64,000 bases of DNA from Terriglobia bacterium (GCA_963664115.2 CAXWPJ010000005.1:96001-160000), one strand, 5' to 3'. Positions 34,786 to 44,872 are shown, numbered from the stretch's first letter. Notes: a model not told the origin generated them from the letters alone. Translations and numbers: made by a program.

Positions 34786-35877
34786 TTAGTCTGAAACGGG
34801 AGTTTTACCCAACAGTCGATCTAGTGTCGCCATGGGTCCGGCCGTATCCCAACCCTGCGGGCCGGGAAGCGTCTTGTGACGCACGACACCATCGGAATCG
34901 AGGACGTAAATGCGATCGGGGAAAGCGGCGTAAGTAATCTCAACCGCGTTGTCAAGCTTGTCGAGAACCGTCGGAAAACTCAGATCGAGGCTCGTCGTAC
35001 AGAGCTCCGCGACCGCTTCCCGCTGGTCATAGGTTTCTGTCTGGTTGACCTGGAGGCCACCGACGATGTTGCCCGGATGGGCCTCTTCGATGTAGACCAT
35101 CAGGAAATTAGCCTCATCCTTATACTCTTGATACCAATCTTCGGTGTCACCGACACCGGCTACGAAGGGGCCTCAGGTGTAACTCCCGAAGATTAGAACT
35201 GTAGGCCTGTTCCACAATGAGGACAGCTGGAGTTCTTTGCCGCCACTCATCCGGTTCAGGGCAAAGTCCGGTGCCTGATCGCCAATACCCGGGCCACGTA
35301 CGACCCGCAGCGAATCGTCGGCTTGCCGGCGGAATTTGCTGATGAACCGGCCGTTCTGCTCAACTGTGTCACCACCGCTCTTGGGCGTGAGAGACAGGGC
35401 ATAATCCGATTTGAAAGTCACCCAGGGCAGCTTGTCGAACTCGTTTCGAAATCCTCCGACCGATGAGTAGGCTTCCGACTCTTCATCGAACACCAGTTCC
35501 GCCGTGAATTTATCGAACACCTCGGATGCGGACAGCAGGGAATCACCCGCTTTCGTGTCGGGCAAATCCGAATGCTCCGGCAACTGCAAGTGGGCGTCAT
35601 AGGTGAACATGAACTGGACTGTTTCCCCATCCCCCGCGGCAAAAGCTTCAGCCCACTGGTCCCGCTGTTTGCGAATGCCGGCAACGTCGACCGAATCGAA
35701 CACGTCCGCCGGTACATTACCCATTTCCTGGGTTCCAATGAACACCGCATCCGGATCCCAGATTGTGTCTTCGTTCAGAACTGCGCTCGAAGGCACTGAG
35801 TTGGTCGCCACCTGATCCGTTGCCGTACAGCCTGCAACAACGGCCAGTAGGACGACGAGGCTTGCAGGAAATCGCAT
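34786..35877 (-). CDS. Predicted selenoprotein (363 aa): lipoprotein, NTF2/SnoaL-like domain + iodothyronine deiodinase-like domain; UGA 35173-35175 read as Sec
   Basis: ORFs 35173-35877 and 34786-35100 are in frame; joined they read PTVLIFGSYT-U-GPF...FLMVYIEEAHP...YAAFPDRIYV, matching deiodinase FGSCTUPxF / YIEEAH; SECIS-like hairpin follows the UGA. Confidence 0.88.
35139..35172 (-). promoter_or_regulatory. Bacterial SECIS-like element
   Basis: UGA-GGCCCCUUCGUAGC-CGGUGUC-GGU-GACACCG: perfect 7-bp stem with a G-initiated apical loop 22 nt after the UGA. Confidence 0.78.
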
Positions 35878-36174
35878 GAGCTACCTCACTGGTGATGATT
35901 GCTTGTTTTCAGTCACGAAACTACAGTGCCAAGAACATTATCACCTGCCTATTAAGCGGTCAATATTTTCGCGATACGGTCCTGGGTCGGGCGAGAATCC
36001 TGTTCGTGGTCTGCCTCCCATGCTGAATTTTCTGGGCCCGGTAAACGGCAGTGGTTGGACGGACCGCAGACCTCCGAATTCATGGACGAAGAAAAGGGTT
36101 CCCGGCGACGGCCCATCTTGAAGAATCAGTGCGTCGCTGTTGTCTCTCGAAGAATTTAAGGAGAATATAATCCG

Positions 36175-36203
36175 TTGACAGTTCAGCGTGGTCCAGCTAA
36201 ATT
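36175..36203 (+). promoter_or_regulatory. Sigma70-type promoter candidate
   Basis: TTGACA-17 nt-TAAATT, about 220 nt upstream of ATG 36424. Confidence 0.55.
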
Positions 36204-36423
36204 TCTAGGTTCGTTACTCGCGTCCACGATGCAACCGGTGTGCATCGACCGAAACGACATTCACGGGTGGCGTTAATAATGTACGCTGGAGCAGGTTGGC
36301 AGGGATCGCCAGCGACAGTTCCCGTGCGGACGGCGTTTCACGGGGCGGGCCTGATGGCGCCGCGCCATCATAAGTTTCCGGCGCACTCACTCTGGCGCGA
36401 AGAAAAATGGGGGTTTAACTACA

Positions 36424-37290
36424 ATGCAAAATCGAATCGCTGCCTGGATCGTGGCTGTGGTGTCGGTCCTGTGCCTGTCGGCCGCGCTGTCCCAGACGGT
36501 TCATGCGCAAGTCGACAGCGACGGCTGGAGGCCCTGCCCGCGCTGCCAGAACAATGCGGCCAGAGCCGAAGCCTGGGAAGCAAACAGAATCGACGAGATA
36601 ACGGAATACGACCGGCGTGATCTCACGGGCGTCTGGGGTTTTAACGGCGTAGGCGGGGCCTTCAGGAACAACGCGCCTCCGTTTACAGCTTACGGACAGG
36701 AGCTCCACGAGCAAACCCTGGGAGTGATGCCTGCGAACGGCAGGCTCCGCTACAATCAGGGCTCTGAGAAAGACTACTCCCTGCTGAACTGTAATCCGCT
36801 CGGCAACCCACGGCTGTATAACTACAACTACGGGTTTGAGTTTGTGATGCTGCCCGACAGGGTGCTCCAGTTCTGGGAATTGGATCACACCTGGCGCACC
36901 ATCTGGACGGATGGGCGGAGGCTTCCCGAGTTTGCCCCGGTCCCGAATTGGCTGGGGTGGAGCATCGGGCACTGGGAAGAGGACACCTTCGTTATCGAGT
37001 CCACCGGCTTTGATGAGCGCTCGTGGATCGAGAGAACCCCCGCCCGTGACGGCATGCCTGGCGGCGGCTACCCCCACTCCGAAGAGATGCGCGTCGTGGA
37101 ACGTTACACCCGCGACACCTACGGAACGCTCGAAGCTGACCTGACGATAACCGATCCGATGGTTTATACCGAACCGTGGGTAACGCCGACCGCCAGCATC
37201 GTGCTGGTTCCAGGCGCGGAACTGTGGGAGCATTTTTGTGTGCCGACAGAGTCGGACGCGTTTAACGAAGATTTCAGCGAAAGTGACTGA
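36424..37290 (+). CDS. Exported hypothetical protein (DUF6152-partner family)
   Basis: DLTGVW, CNPLGNPR, RTIWTDGR, GWSIGHWEEDTFVIES, HSEEMRVVERY, DPMVYTEPW, EHFC. Confidence 0.82.
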   Translation: MQNRIAAWIVAVVSVLCLSAALSQTVHAQVDSDGWRPCPRCQNNAARAEAWEANRIDEITEYDRRDLTGVWGFNGVGGAFRNNAPPFTAYGQELHEQTLGVMPANGRLRYNQGSEKDYSLLNCNPLGNPRLYNYNYGFEFVMLPDRVLQFWELDHTWRTIWTDGRRLPEFAPVPNWLGWSIGHWEEDTFVIESTGFDERSWIERTPARDGMPGGGYPHSEEMRVVERYTRDTYGTLEADLTITDPMVYTEPWVTPTASIVLVPGAELWEHFCVPTESDAFNEDFSESD

Positions 37291-37416
37291 CAGCCAGGTG
37301 CGATGGCTCCGTTGACCCCTGCATCTGCGCAACCGGTTAAATTGTTGACAGGTCAGTGGTCCCGGTGCTTATATGAGGTATGTAAAGTAATGGTATTTAC
37401 TTACAGGAGGTTTGTT

Positions 37417-37815
37417 GTGGATATTCGACGAGGATTGGTGGTTCTGGCAGTTGTCGTGGCGGTCTCTTCCATGCTCGGTAGCGTGGCTCTGGCGCACCAC
37501 GCCCGGTCTGCCTATAGCGAAGAAGATGTAACGCTTGAGGGCGTTGTGGTCGGTTTCACGTGGAGAAACCCGCACGTTCAACTCGCGTTCGACGTGACGG
37601 ACGAAAATGGCAAGACAGAAACCTGGAGAGGCGAATTGTCTGCTGTTACCTCGATGATTGCGGCAGGGCTGAATCGAAACACCTTCAAGGCGGGCGACGC
37701 GGTCAGGGTCGAGGCTCGGATCGCAAATTCCGGCGAGCCTTTTGCCGTTCTCGGTTCGCTCTGGAAGGATGGCACGAAGATTCTCGACGGTGAATACCGA
37801 AGCGAGACTCGCTGA
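37417..37815 (+). CDS. DUF6152-like exported protein
   Basis: ALA-HHA, GVVVGFTWRNPHV; GTG 37417 with AGGAGG RBS. Confidence 0.82.
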   Translation: MDIRRGLVVLAVVVAVSSMLGSVALAHHARSAYSEEDVTLEGVVVGFTWRNPHVQLAFDVTDENGKTETWRGELSAVTSMIAAGLNRNTFKAGDAVRVEARIANSGEPFAVLGSLWKDGTKILDGEYRSETR

Positions 37816-38060
37816 GCCGATAACAGGAACCTCCGAAAATACCTCGTCCGGGTATCCGGCTGGATCGCCTGGGCGAGGTTTTTCTTGTGCCCGAGAGCAC
37901 CTATCCTTCCGCTAACGCCACTTTGAAAACATCACCTTTCTAACTCCTTCCTTTTCTCAAAACCATTCTAATGTTCGCTCTGCATTTTCGAAGATGTTCT
38001 GTGCTGCAATAATGAAAATTCCGGGTGCTATACTCGGCGCTCATAGAGGAATTCTGTTGC

Positions 38061-38912
38061 ATGCAGATCGATCCTAAAAAGTGTGTGGCCTGTGCGAATT
38101 GCGTGACTGTGTGTCCGATGAGTGCAATCTATGTCGACACAGTGGCGAACCGCGCCAAGATCGACTACGACGAGTGCGTTGAGTGCGGATCGTGCTACCG
38201 CGGAATGAGCCAGGAGCATCTGAATCCGACCCTGGTCCGCGCGGTGCGCGGGCTCGCTAAGCTATTTCGATTCCGATTTGATCCGGAGCCGGACGTGTGT
38301 CCGACCGGAGCGTTTGTGATGGAAGATCTGGAATGGCCTCGGATTGCCCGCCGTGTGTTCAGCGACCCCGTCGTCGAGCACAAATCCACCGGGATCGCGG
38401 GACGGGGAACGGAGGAGGTTAAGACCAACGATGTCGCGCATCGGATAGGCGTTAACGAAGTCGGCTACGTCATCGAGTTCGGTCGACCCGGAATCGGTGT
38501 CCGATTCCACCAGATCCAATCGATGACGCTGGCGTTGGCCCGTATCGGAGTCGCTTTCGAAGCAAGTAACCCGATTACGCATTTGATGATCGATCAGGCT
38601 AGCGGTGCGCTCCAAGAGGATCTGCTCAACGAGAAGATTCTCTCAGCCATCGTCGAGATCAAAACACCACTCGCGGAAGTGAAGACAGTGCTCCACACGG
38701 TTTCGGATGTGGCGAAACAGATCGACACAGTCATCGCTGTCGGTGTGTCCACACGGTGCGACGAAACCGGAGAAGATCCTCGACTGGCACCGCTGCTCGA
38801 AGAACTCGGCTATCGCTTCGAACGTGCCAAGACCAACATGGGTCTGGGGCGGATCACCAACCTCGAGCTTAGGGAGGGTCAGGGTGACCAACACCTTGCA
38901 TCGGTCCGGTAA
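38061..38912 (+). CDS. 4Fe-4S dicluster-domain protein with uncharacterised C-domain
   Basis: CVACANCVTVCP and CVECGSC...VCP; GRGTEEVKTNDV, EFGRPG; ATG 38061 with AGAGGA RBS. Confidence 0.82.
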   Translation: MQIDPKKCVACANCVTVCPMSAIYVDTVANRAKIDYDECVECGSCYRGMSQEHLNPTLVRAVRGLAKLFRFRFDPEPDVCPTGAFVMEDLEWPRIARRVFSDPVVEHKSTGIAGRGTEEVKTNDVAHRIGVNEVGYVIEFGRPGIGVRFHQIQSMTLALARIGVAFEASNPITHLMIDQASGALQEDLLNEKILSAIVEIKTPLAEVKTVLHTVSDVAKQIDTVIAVGVSTRCDETGEDPRLAPLLEELGYRFERAKTNMGLGRITNLELREGQGDQHLASVR

Positions 38913-39555
38913 GGCAGACAGCTTCCGGGACGACTACATCATTTTCGCCATGCCGTCGAGGGGCAAGAATGATGTGGGGGCCATAAGGAAGCTCAAAAGC
39001 TTTCTGAAGATTTGTATTCGGCACGATCCGTCGAACATCGGTGCCTCCGGTCAGAGCAGCTATCGCCCCTCGAGCAACCTCAACCCTACCGTTCACTGGA
39101 GACGGGATATCGATCCTGACTTTGAAGGTGTCGTCGAAGGCGTGACAAAAAGTGGAACCGCGGCTGCCGTGTTCGACTCGCGTGAGAAGGCCGTGGCCTG
39201 CCTCCGCGATGTTATCGACCAAGATATGGGGCTCTCGATCAACATCAGCACCTCCGTAGACGGTGCCAGGCAAGCGGGCCTTCAGTGTGGCATCCCACGT
39301 CACAGCGTGGAGTACTCGCTCGGGTTTACAGACCCGAATGACCGTCTGCCGCGGGGTCAGATTCTCGAACTGGCCACGATGTGTGGCCACGGAATGGTTT
39401 CCTTCAACCTGGCGCAGAAGATGATCGACATGGTGCGGGAAGGCCGGCGGACTCCGGCCCAGGCCGTGGCCACTCTGACTCGTTTCTGCCCGTGCGGTGT
39501 CTACAACCCTTCGCGCGCGATCCGGTTGATCGAAGAAGCCTTAAGCCACCAGTAA
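38884..39555 (+). CDS. Hypothetical Cys/His-motif protein, partner of the Fe-S protein
   Basis: GTG 38884 with GGAGG RBS; TNTLHR, HSVEYSLG, MCGHGMV, CPCGVYNP. Confidence 0.75.
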   Translation: MTNTLHRSGKADSFRDDYIIFAMPSRGKNDVGAIRKLKSFLKICIRHDPSNIGASGQSSYRPSSNLNPTVHWRRDIDPDFEGVVEGVTKSGTAAAVFDSREKAVACLRDVIDQDMGLSINISTSVDGARQAGLQCGIPRHSVEYSLGFTDPNDRLPRGQILELATMCGHGMVSFNLAQKMIDMVREGRRTPAQAVATLTRFCPCGVYNPSRAIRLIEEALSHQ

Positions 39556-39689
39556 GGGTCGCTCTGCTAAGCGTGCGGTCCGCGCAAGCCGATCACCTGA
39601 ATTCCGATCCGACTCAGTAGGTGCGAGCTATGCCCGGCCAAAACAGAGATAGGGCTTACACTGCTCCTCTTTACAGACGTCGCCCCGGA

Positions 39690-41369
39690 TCAAGCTCCTC
39701 TTGGCCTACGGTTTGCCAGTGCAATTGCGATGGCCTGTCGTTCCTCGTTGTAGGGATCGTTCACTTGCCGGCACTCGTTGTTGAAGATCATCGTTGAGCG
39801 CGAGTCGAGATCGAAGGCCGGCCAATCGGACAACATTTCAGTATTCGGATTGCCTGTCCTTGCAAACGCCGCCCAGGCCGCGCTCATCTTGTCGGCAAGT
39901 GGCTGGACCTCGGGGCCCGTACCGACCATCGATGGTGACTGGCTTGCGGTGTCGAGGGCAAAGGGAATATCCATCGTGTGTGCAGCCCGGATAGTCCCGC
40001 CGCTGACCGGCGAATACCACTGGAAGTAGTATCGGTATACCGGTGCCCCGCCTTGCATTCTCTTGCGTTCCATTTCGAGATCGGTGCCCAGGCGGGCGCC
40101 GCCGGCATCGGAGGCCGCAATTAAATAGAGCTCGAGGTTGCTCGCCGCAGGCCTGTTCTTTCGGAATATGGCAGCCACGTCCCCGGCCGTTGAAGCGTCG
40201 ACTCTCAGGGTCTCCTGAAGGCGTCTTTGAAGGCCCGCTTCGTCGAGTTCGTCGTAGTTCATTTCCGCGTCCCAGGTGACCTCGGTCTCGGTGGATCCGA
40301 TCAGGAGCGGGATGTCGGCACAGAGTTCGCTGGCCTCAGGGTCGAAAACGTGTGTCGGCAGTGATGATCCGTCCGCTACGGGACCCAGACGGAACGGCAC
40401 GGCCCCTGGAGTAATCGTCAGATCGAGCAATTGTGCGACGGGTAAGTTCTGGATTTCGCCGATCCGGTTCCTGTCCAGTCCCAGATGGCCGAGGACAGCC
40501 TCCGCGCCCACGGCCGCGTCGCTGGCTGAGCCGCTCCGCACTGCGGATCCGCTCATCACGACGGCTTTGTGGAACAGGCCGCGGGCCGCAGGCATTCCCA
40601 TCAGCGTGCTGACTTTGCCTGCACCACCGGACTGACCCATGATCGTGACGTTTGAGGGGTCGCCGCCGAAGTTCTCGATGTTGTCCCGCACCCATTCCAG
40701 AGCGGCGACGAGATCTTTCATGCCGACGTTGCTCGACTCTGCGTATTTATCCCCGCCGATTTCAGACAGGTGGAGGAAGCCGAAGATGTTCAGGCGATGG
40801 TTGACGGTAACGGCGACGACGTCCTTCTTGCCGGCCAGAGCCGTCCCGTCGTAGTTGTCCCAGGACCCTGCGCCTCGGGAATAACCGCCTCCGTGAAACC
40901 ACACCATGACTGGCCGCCGCGTCCCGTCGTTCGTCGCCGGCGTCCAGACGTTCAGCATCAGACAGTCCTCGCTCATCGCCTCGCCCGGGTTCAAGGGCAC
41001 CGCCGCGGGAATGATTCGGTCACCCTCGGCCCGTATCTGAGGCGAACGCGGTCCCCATTCCAAGGCCTCACGCACGCCGGTCCATGGGGCCGGTTTCGCA
41101 GGGGACATGAAACGGCCGGGGCCCGCCGTCGAAGCGCCGTAGGGCAATCCCTTGAAGCTGTAAACGCCGTTATCGAAAAGGCCGCGGACTCTTCCTGAGG
41201 CTGTATCCGCGATTGCCTCGGCCGCGGTATCACCCCCGACATCACCGCCAGCCGGGCTGCATCCGGCAAGGCCGCCCCCCATCAGAACTCCCGCGGCGAG
41301 AGCGCTCCGTTTCAGGAAAGCCCGCCGGTCCATGCCGCGTACCATCTGTTCCCATTCCCGTGAATTCAT
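39690..41369 (-). CDS. Type-B carboxylesterase, Tat-exported lipoprotein
   Basis: DRRAFLK...LAGC, SEDCLMLNVW, WFHGGG, GQSGG nucleophile elbow, AAH. Confidence 0.92.
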   Translation of the reverse strand: MNSREWEQMVRGMDRRAFLKRSALAAGVLMGGGLAGCSPAGGDVGGDTAAEAIADTASGRVRGLFDNGVYSFKGLPYGASTAGPGRFMSPAKPAPWTGVREALEWGPRSPQIRAEGDRIIPAAVPLNPGEAMSEDCLMLNVWTPATNDGTRRPVMVWFHGGGYSRGAGSWDNYDGTALAGKKDVVAVTVNHRLNIFGFLHLSEIGGDKYAESSNVGMKDLVAALEWVRDNIENFGGDPSNVTIMGQSGGAGKVSTLMGMPAARGLFHKAVVMSGSAVRSGSASDAAVGAEAVLGHLGLDRNRIGEIQNLPVAQLLDLTITPGAVPFRLGPVADGSSLPTHVFDPEASELCADIPLLIGSTETEVTWDAEMNYDELDEAGLQRRLQETLRVDASTAGDVAAIFRKNRPAASNLELYLIAASDAGGARLGTDLEMERKRMQGGAPVYRYYFQWYSPVSGGTIRAAHTMDIPFALDTASQSPSMVGTGPEVQPLADKMSAAWAAFARTGNPNTEMLSDWPAFDLDSRSTMIFNNECRQVNDPYNEERQAIAIALANRRPRGA

Positions 41370-41555
41370 TTGCTGCTCCTAAACGTTGCCGGCCGGTGTG
41401 GCGATATCCAAATTTTGGAACACTATACTACCGCTTGGACCGAATCGTGAACGCAGGCGAAGGCTGCAGGACCACCGGTCAATTTTGTGTCGGTTGACTG
41501 TATGGGTCTGCTACCCTCCGCTTAACACAATCGCTAGAAATGTTACGTCACCACA

Positions 41556-41613
41556 ACGTCAGAAGGAGACACCCATGAGCTGCTACGTCAGAAGGAGACA
41601 CCCATGAGCTGCT
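41556..41613. repeat. 29-bp tandem duplication covering RBS and start codon
   Basis: ACGTCAGAAGGAGACACCCATGAGCTGCT at 41556 and 41585. Confidence 0.92.
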
Positions 41614-42660
41614 ATCGGATACCGATTTTCTTGAGTGTGTTCCTTGCAGCCAGCCCAACCGTGACTCGGGCGACGGCCCAATCCGCCGACGTTCATGTAG
41701 CCGCCGCCAGAACTGCGGCATTCGACCCGGGACTGCACGATTTCACGGGCACCTTTACTGCTGTTTGTGCCGAGCGTGAGCCGGGTACACAGGGTTTGCC
41801 AACACCGGGCGAACCTGCAGATTTCAACGCCCGGCCGATTCCGGAGCGTTCCGAATGGTACATGGAGCCGGTGAAGGTGTTCGACAACCTGTACAACGTC
41901 GGGACCATTTTCCATGTGTGGGCGGTGACAACGTCTGAAGGAATTATCCTGCTCAATTCGGGCAAAGACTACTCCATGGAAGGCGTTGTCGAAGGACTGC
42001 AGTTCATAGGTCTCGATCCGGCCGATGTCGAATATGTCGTCATCCTTGCGCCACACGACTTGCACTATGGGGCAGCCAAACTGTTTCAGGACCGTTATGG
42101 TTCGCGCATCCTGCTGTCCGAAGCCGATTGGAACATCATAGAAGAGACCGAATATGTTCCCGCGAGGCTCAAACCCAGGAAAGACATAGTGTTGATGGAC
42201 GGGCAGAAACTGACTCTCGGCGATACGACGCTGACCGTGCAGGTCACGCCGGGCCACGGCCCGGGCTCGCTTTCGATCCTCGTTAGAAGAGACCGAATAT
42301 GTTCCCGCGAGGCTCAAACCCCTGAGGGACGGCAACCAACGGCATCTGGGTGCGCTGGTTGGAGGTCGGGATTGGAACTTTCTGGAGGAAGGGCTTCACT
42401 ATTTTTCAAGTGAAGAAGAGGCCATAGCAACCTGGCAGGCATCGACCTCCCGGTTTCGGGACATAGCGGCGCGGGCCGGAGCCGATGTCCTTCTGGCGAC
42501 ACGTTCGCACCACGATCAATCAGATTTGAAAAACCGCGCTTTGCGCGCGCGCGGGCCGGGTGAGCCCCATCCCTATGTGGACAGGAATGCCGTCGGCCGC
42601 TACTTGACGGTGATCAGTGAATGCATGAGTGCCCAATTGGCGCGGAGAGCAGGGGAGTAG
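41604..42660 (+). pseudogene. B3-like MBL-fold hydrolase frameshifted by a 34-bp templated insertion
   Basis: 42285-42318 copies 42140-42173; deleting it restores ILVPLRDGNQRHLG...ECMSAQLARRAGE* (TAG ends 42660), collinear with the paralogues at 22275 and 44873. Confidence 0.85.
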
Positions 42661-43019
42661 TCTTGGCCCCTCTCTGTTTTCTTCCCGTGCACGAAGAAAA
42701 AGCGAACAGAGCTTGAAAATGGATGTCCGGCCTTTCCCAGCTTGAGCCATACCGGATTCCATCACCCTGTCGGGCGCATCCCCATCCTGTATTGCGCGGC
42801 AAGAGTTCAGATGCGGTTTGAGGATTATAGAATTGGTGCAAACATATCAATTGACACATAAAGATCGAGGATACTAGCATGACTTCGCATTGAATCTCAG
42901 GAAGACCGATGTCACACTGTGAACTGGCGTAGGCCACTCGAGCGAGTCGCACTTCTAATCGCCATTTTATCAGTTTAGAAATTTCCGGACATCGGACTTC
43001 ACGAGTGAAGGAGAGAGAA

Positions 43020-43472
43020 ATGAAACGTACTGTAATTGCACTGTTGGGATTCGCCTTCGTTGTCACGGTCGGGTCGATAGGTGCAGAACCCCTGCTCGCC
43101 CATCACGGCCGCGGGAATACTTATGAGACAGACGGGACGCACGAGATTCACGGTATTGTGAAAGAGGTGCGGTGGCGCAATCCCCACATCGCGTTCCTGG
43201 TCGATGTGACGGACGATAGCGGCGAGGTGGTCACCTGGGTTCTCGAGCACAGCAACGTCAGCACGCTCGCGCGCCTGGGCTACGGCCGGGCCACTTTGCG
43301 GCCCGGAATGGAAATAGACGTTGTAATGAATCCGTGCACCATGGACCGAACGTGCGGGCTTAACAGGGGCGTCACCCTGGAAGACGGTACGCAGATCTTC
43401 CTGCGAGGGGTGTCCGACGAAACGCCCGGGAGGCTCAATCCGCTTGGCGACACCCGGCAATCAGTTAACTAG
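43020..43472 (+). CDS. DUF6152-like exported protein
   Basis: LLA-HHG, GIVKEVRWRNPHI; ATG 43020 after AAGGAG. Confidence 0.82.
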   Translation: MKRTVIALLGFAFVVTVGSIGAEPLLAHHGRGNTYETDGTHEIHGIVKEVRWRNPHIAFLVDVTDDSGEVVTWVLEHSNVSTLARLGYGRATLRPGMEIDVVMNPCTMDRTCGLNRGVTLEDGTQIFLRGVSDETPGRLNPLGDTRQSVN

Positions 43473-43562
43473 CAGCGGAATCGCAAAGCTTAAGGCGTAT
43501 GGATCGTGCGCCTAGATATTTTGATTGTAAGAAATTGGAAGAGTTGATTTAAGGAGTCCCAA

Positions 43563-44432
43563 ATGCGAAATCGTTTAATGAGTTTTCTAGGCACCGTGGT
43601 GGGTTCAGCTTCCCTCCTGGTGGTTCCTGGTGCATTCCTGACGACATTTGCTCCGGTGGCTGCGGCGGAATGTATGGAACCGCAAAGCGGAGATGCCCGT
43701 GACTTTTCGGGGATCTGGTACCGCGACGAAGGCGATTGTGGTTTTGGCCCGCCGGGAAGCGCCCCGGACCTGACGCCGGACGGTGTAGAGGCGCTCATGA
43801 AGAACGTGCCGACTCGGCCCCGACATCCTCTGCATCTGGAGCGGGTGGGGGGAGATGAGAACGGCGCCGACTTCAAGCTATCGAACGACCCGGCCATGCA
43901 ATGTAATCCGAAAGGCCTGCCCCAGATGGTCGTCGATACGGCGCATGATCATCACGAAGTGGTTCAACTCGATAACAGAATCATTCAGCTCTGGCAGGAA
44001 GAGCGCTTGCCTCGAGAAATCTGGTTCGACGGTCGGGCGGTCCCGTCAGGCGATGACCTCCTGAACCTCGGACCTTCCTGGTATGGCATGTCGGTGGGGC
44101 ACTGGGAAGGCGACACCCTCGTTGTCGAGACGGTGGGACTGGATCCCCGGGCCTGGGTCGACATATACGGATACCCGAAGAGTGAAGACGCCCGCTTAAT
44201 CGAGCGCTACACCCGGCGTGGGGATACATTGGAAATGGTAGCCACGCTGATTGATTCAGCCTACTACACAGAAGATTGGGTTTCCGACACCAAGACATGG
44301 ACGTTGGAGCCGTCCGATGCGATAGCGGTCAACAATTTCGGCTGGTACGGGGTATACCCCAGTCTCGTCGATCTACTGTGTGCACCGATCAATGGCGACG
44401 GATCGGCGTCCAATCCTTTCGGTGGCGACTAA
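43563..44432 (+). CDS. Exported hypothetical protein (DUF6152-partner family)
   Basis: DFSGIW, DPAMQCNPKGLP, REIWFDGR, GMSVGHWEGDTLVVET, SEDARLIERY. Confidence 0.82.
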   Translation: MRNRLMSFLGTVVGSASLLVVPGAFLTTFAPVAAAECMEPQSGDARDFSGIWYRDEGDCGFGPPGSAPDLTPDGVEALMKNVPTRPRHPLHLERVGGDENGADFKLSNDPAMQCNPKGLPQMVVDTAHDHHEVVQLDNRIIQLWQEERLPREIWFDGRAVPSGDDLLNLGPSWYGMSVGHWEGDTLVVETVGLDPRAWVDIYGYPKSEDARLIERYTRRGDTLEMVATLIDSAYYTEDWVSDTKTWTLEPSDAIAVNNFGWYGVYPSLVDLLCAPINGDGSASNPFGGD

Positions 44433-44446
44433 TCAGTTCCTGTACT

Positions 44447-44494
44447 GTAAGCCCCCTCATTGCTCGGCTTTGAGGCCGAGTAGAGGGGGCTTAC
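44447..44494. terminator. Long hairpin between convergent genes
   Basis: GTAAGCCCCCTC...GAGGGGGCTTAC with inner stem CTCGGC/GCCGAG. Confidence 0.6.
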
Positions 44495-44872
44495 TCGCAG
44501 AGTTTGATTCTTGGTGAAGCCTAGAGCGGGAAGAGCGTTGTACTTCGAATAGCTCAAGGCCGAATTGGACACTGTGATTTGGCGATTTGGCCGGTTCGTC
44601 CCGCCGTTAGTTGCGTTTTTGCAAGACTCGCTCCCTTCCCGATCGCATTCTTCAACTCAGGGTTAAAGACTCTGGCTGTGTCGCTTAGTGTCCTGTCTGA
44701 AGTGCGCGGCTGATGTGAGGGAAGGAACTCAGTGTGGTCGTCGTTGCCTGATTCGATGTGCTTCTGACTCTATATGCAAGGGCCTGCTAACCGGGCAGGG
44801 TTGGATGTCGTTCGTCATTTCCCCGCACGGTCCCTCCGTGCGGGGTTCGGTGGGATCTTCTCCTTAGCTTTC

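Noticed and set aside
34786-35100. Separate 104-aa gene or nonsense pseudogene
   Set aside because: Better explained as the C-terminal part of a Sec-readthrough protein, given the catalytic UGA position and SECIS.
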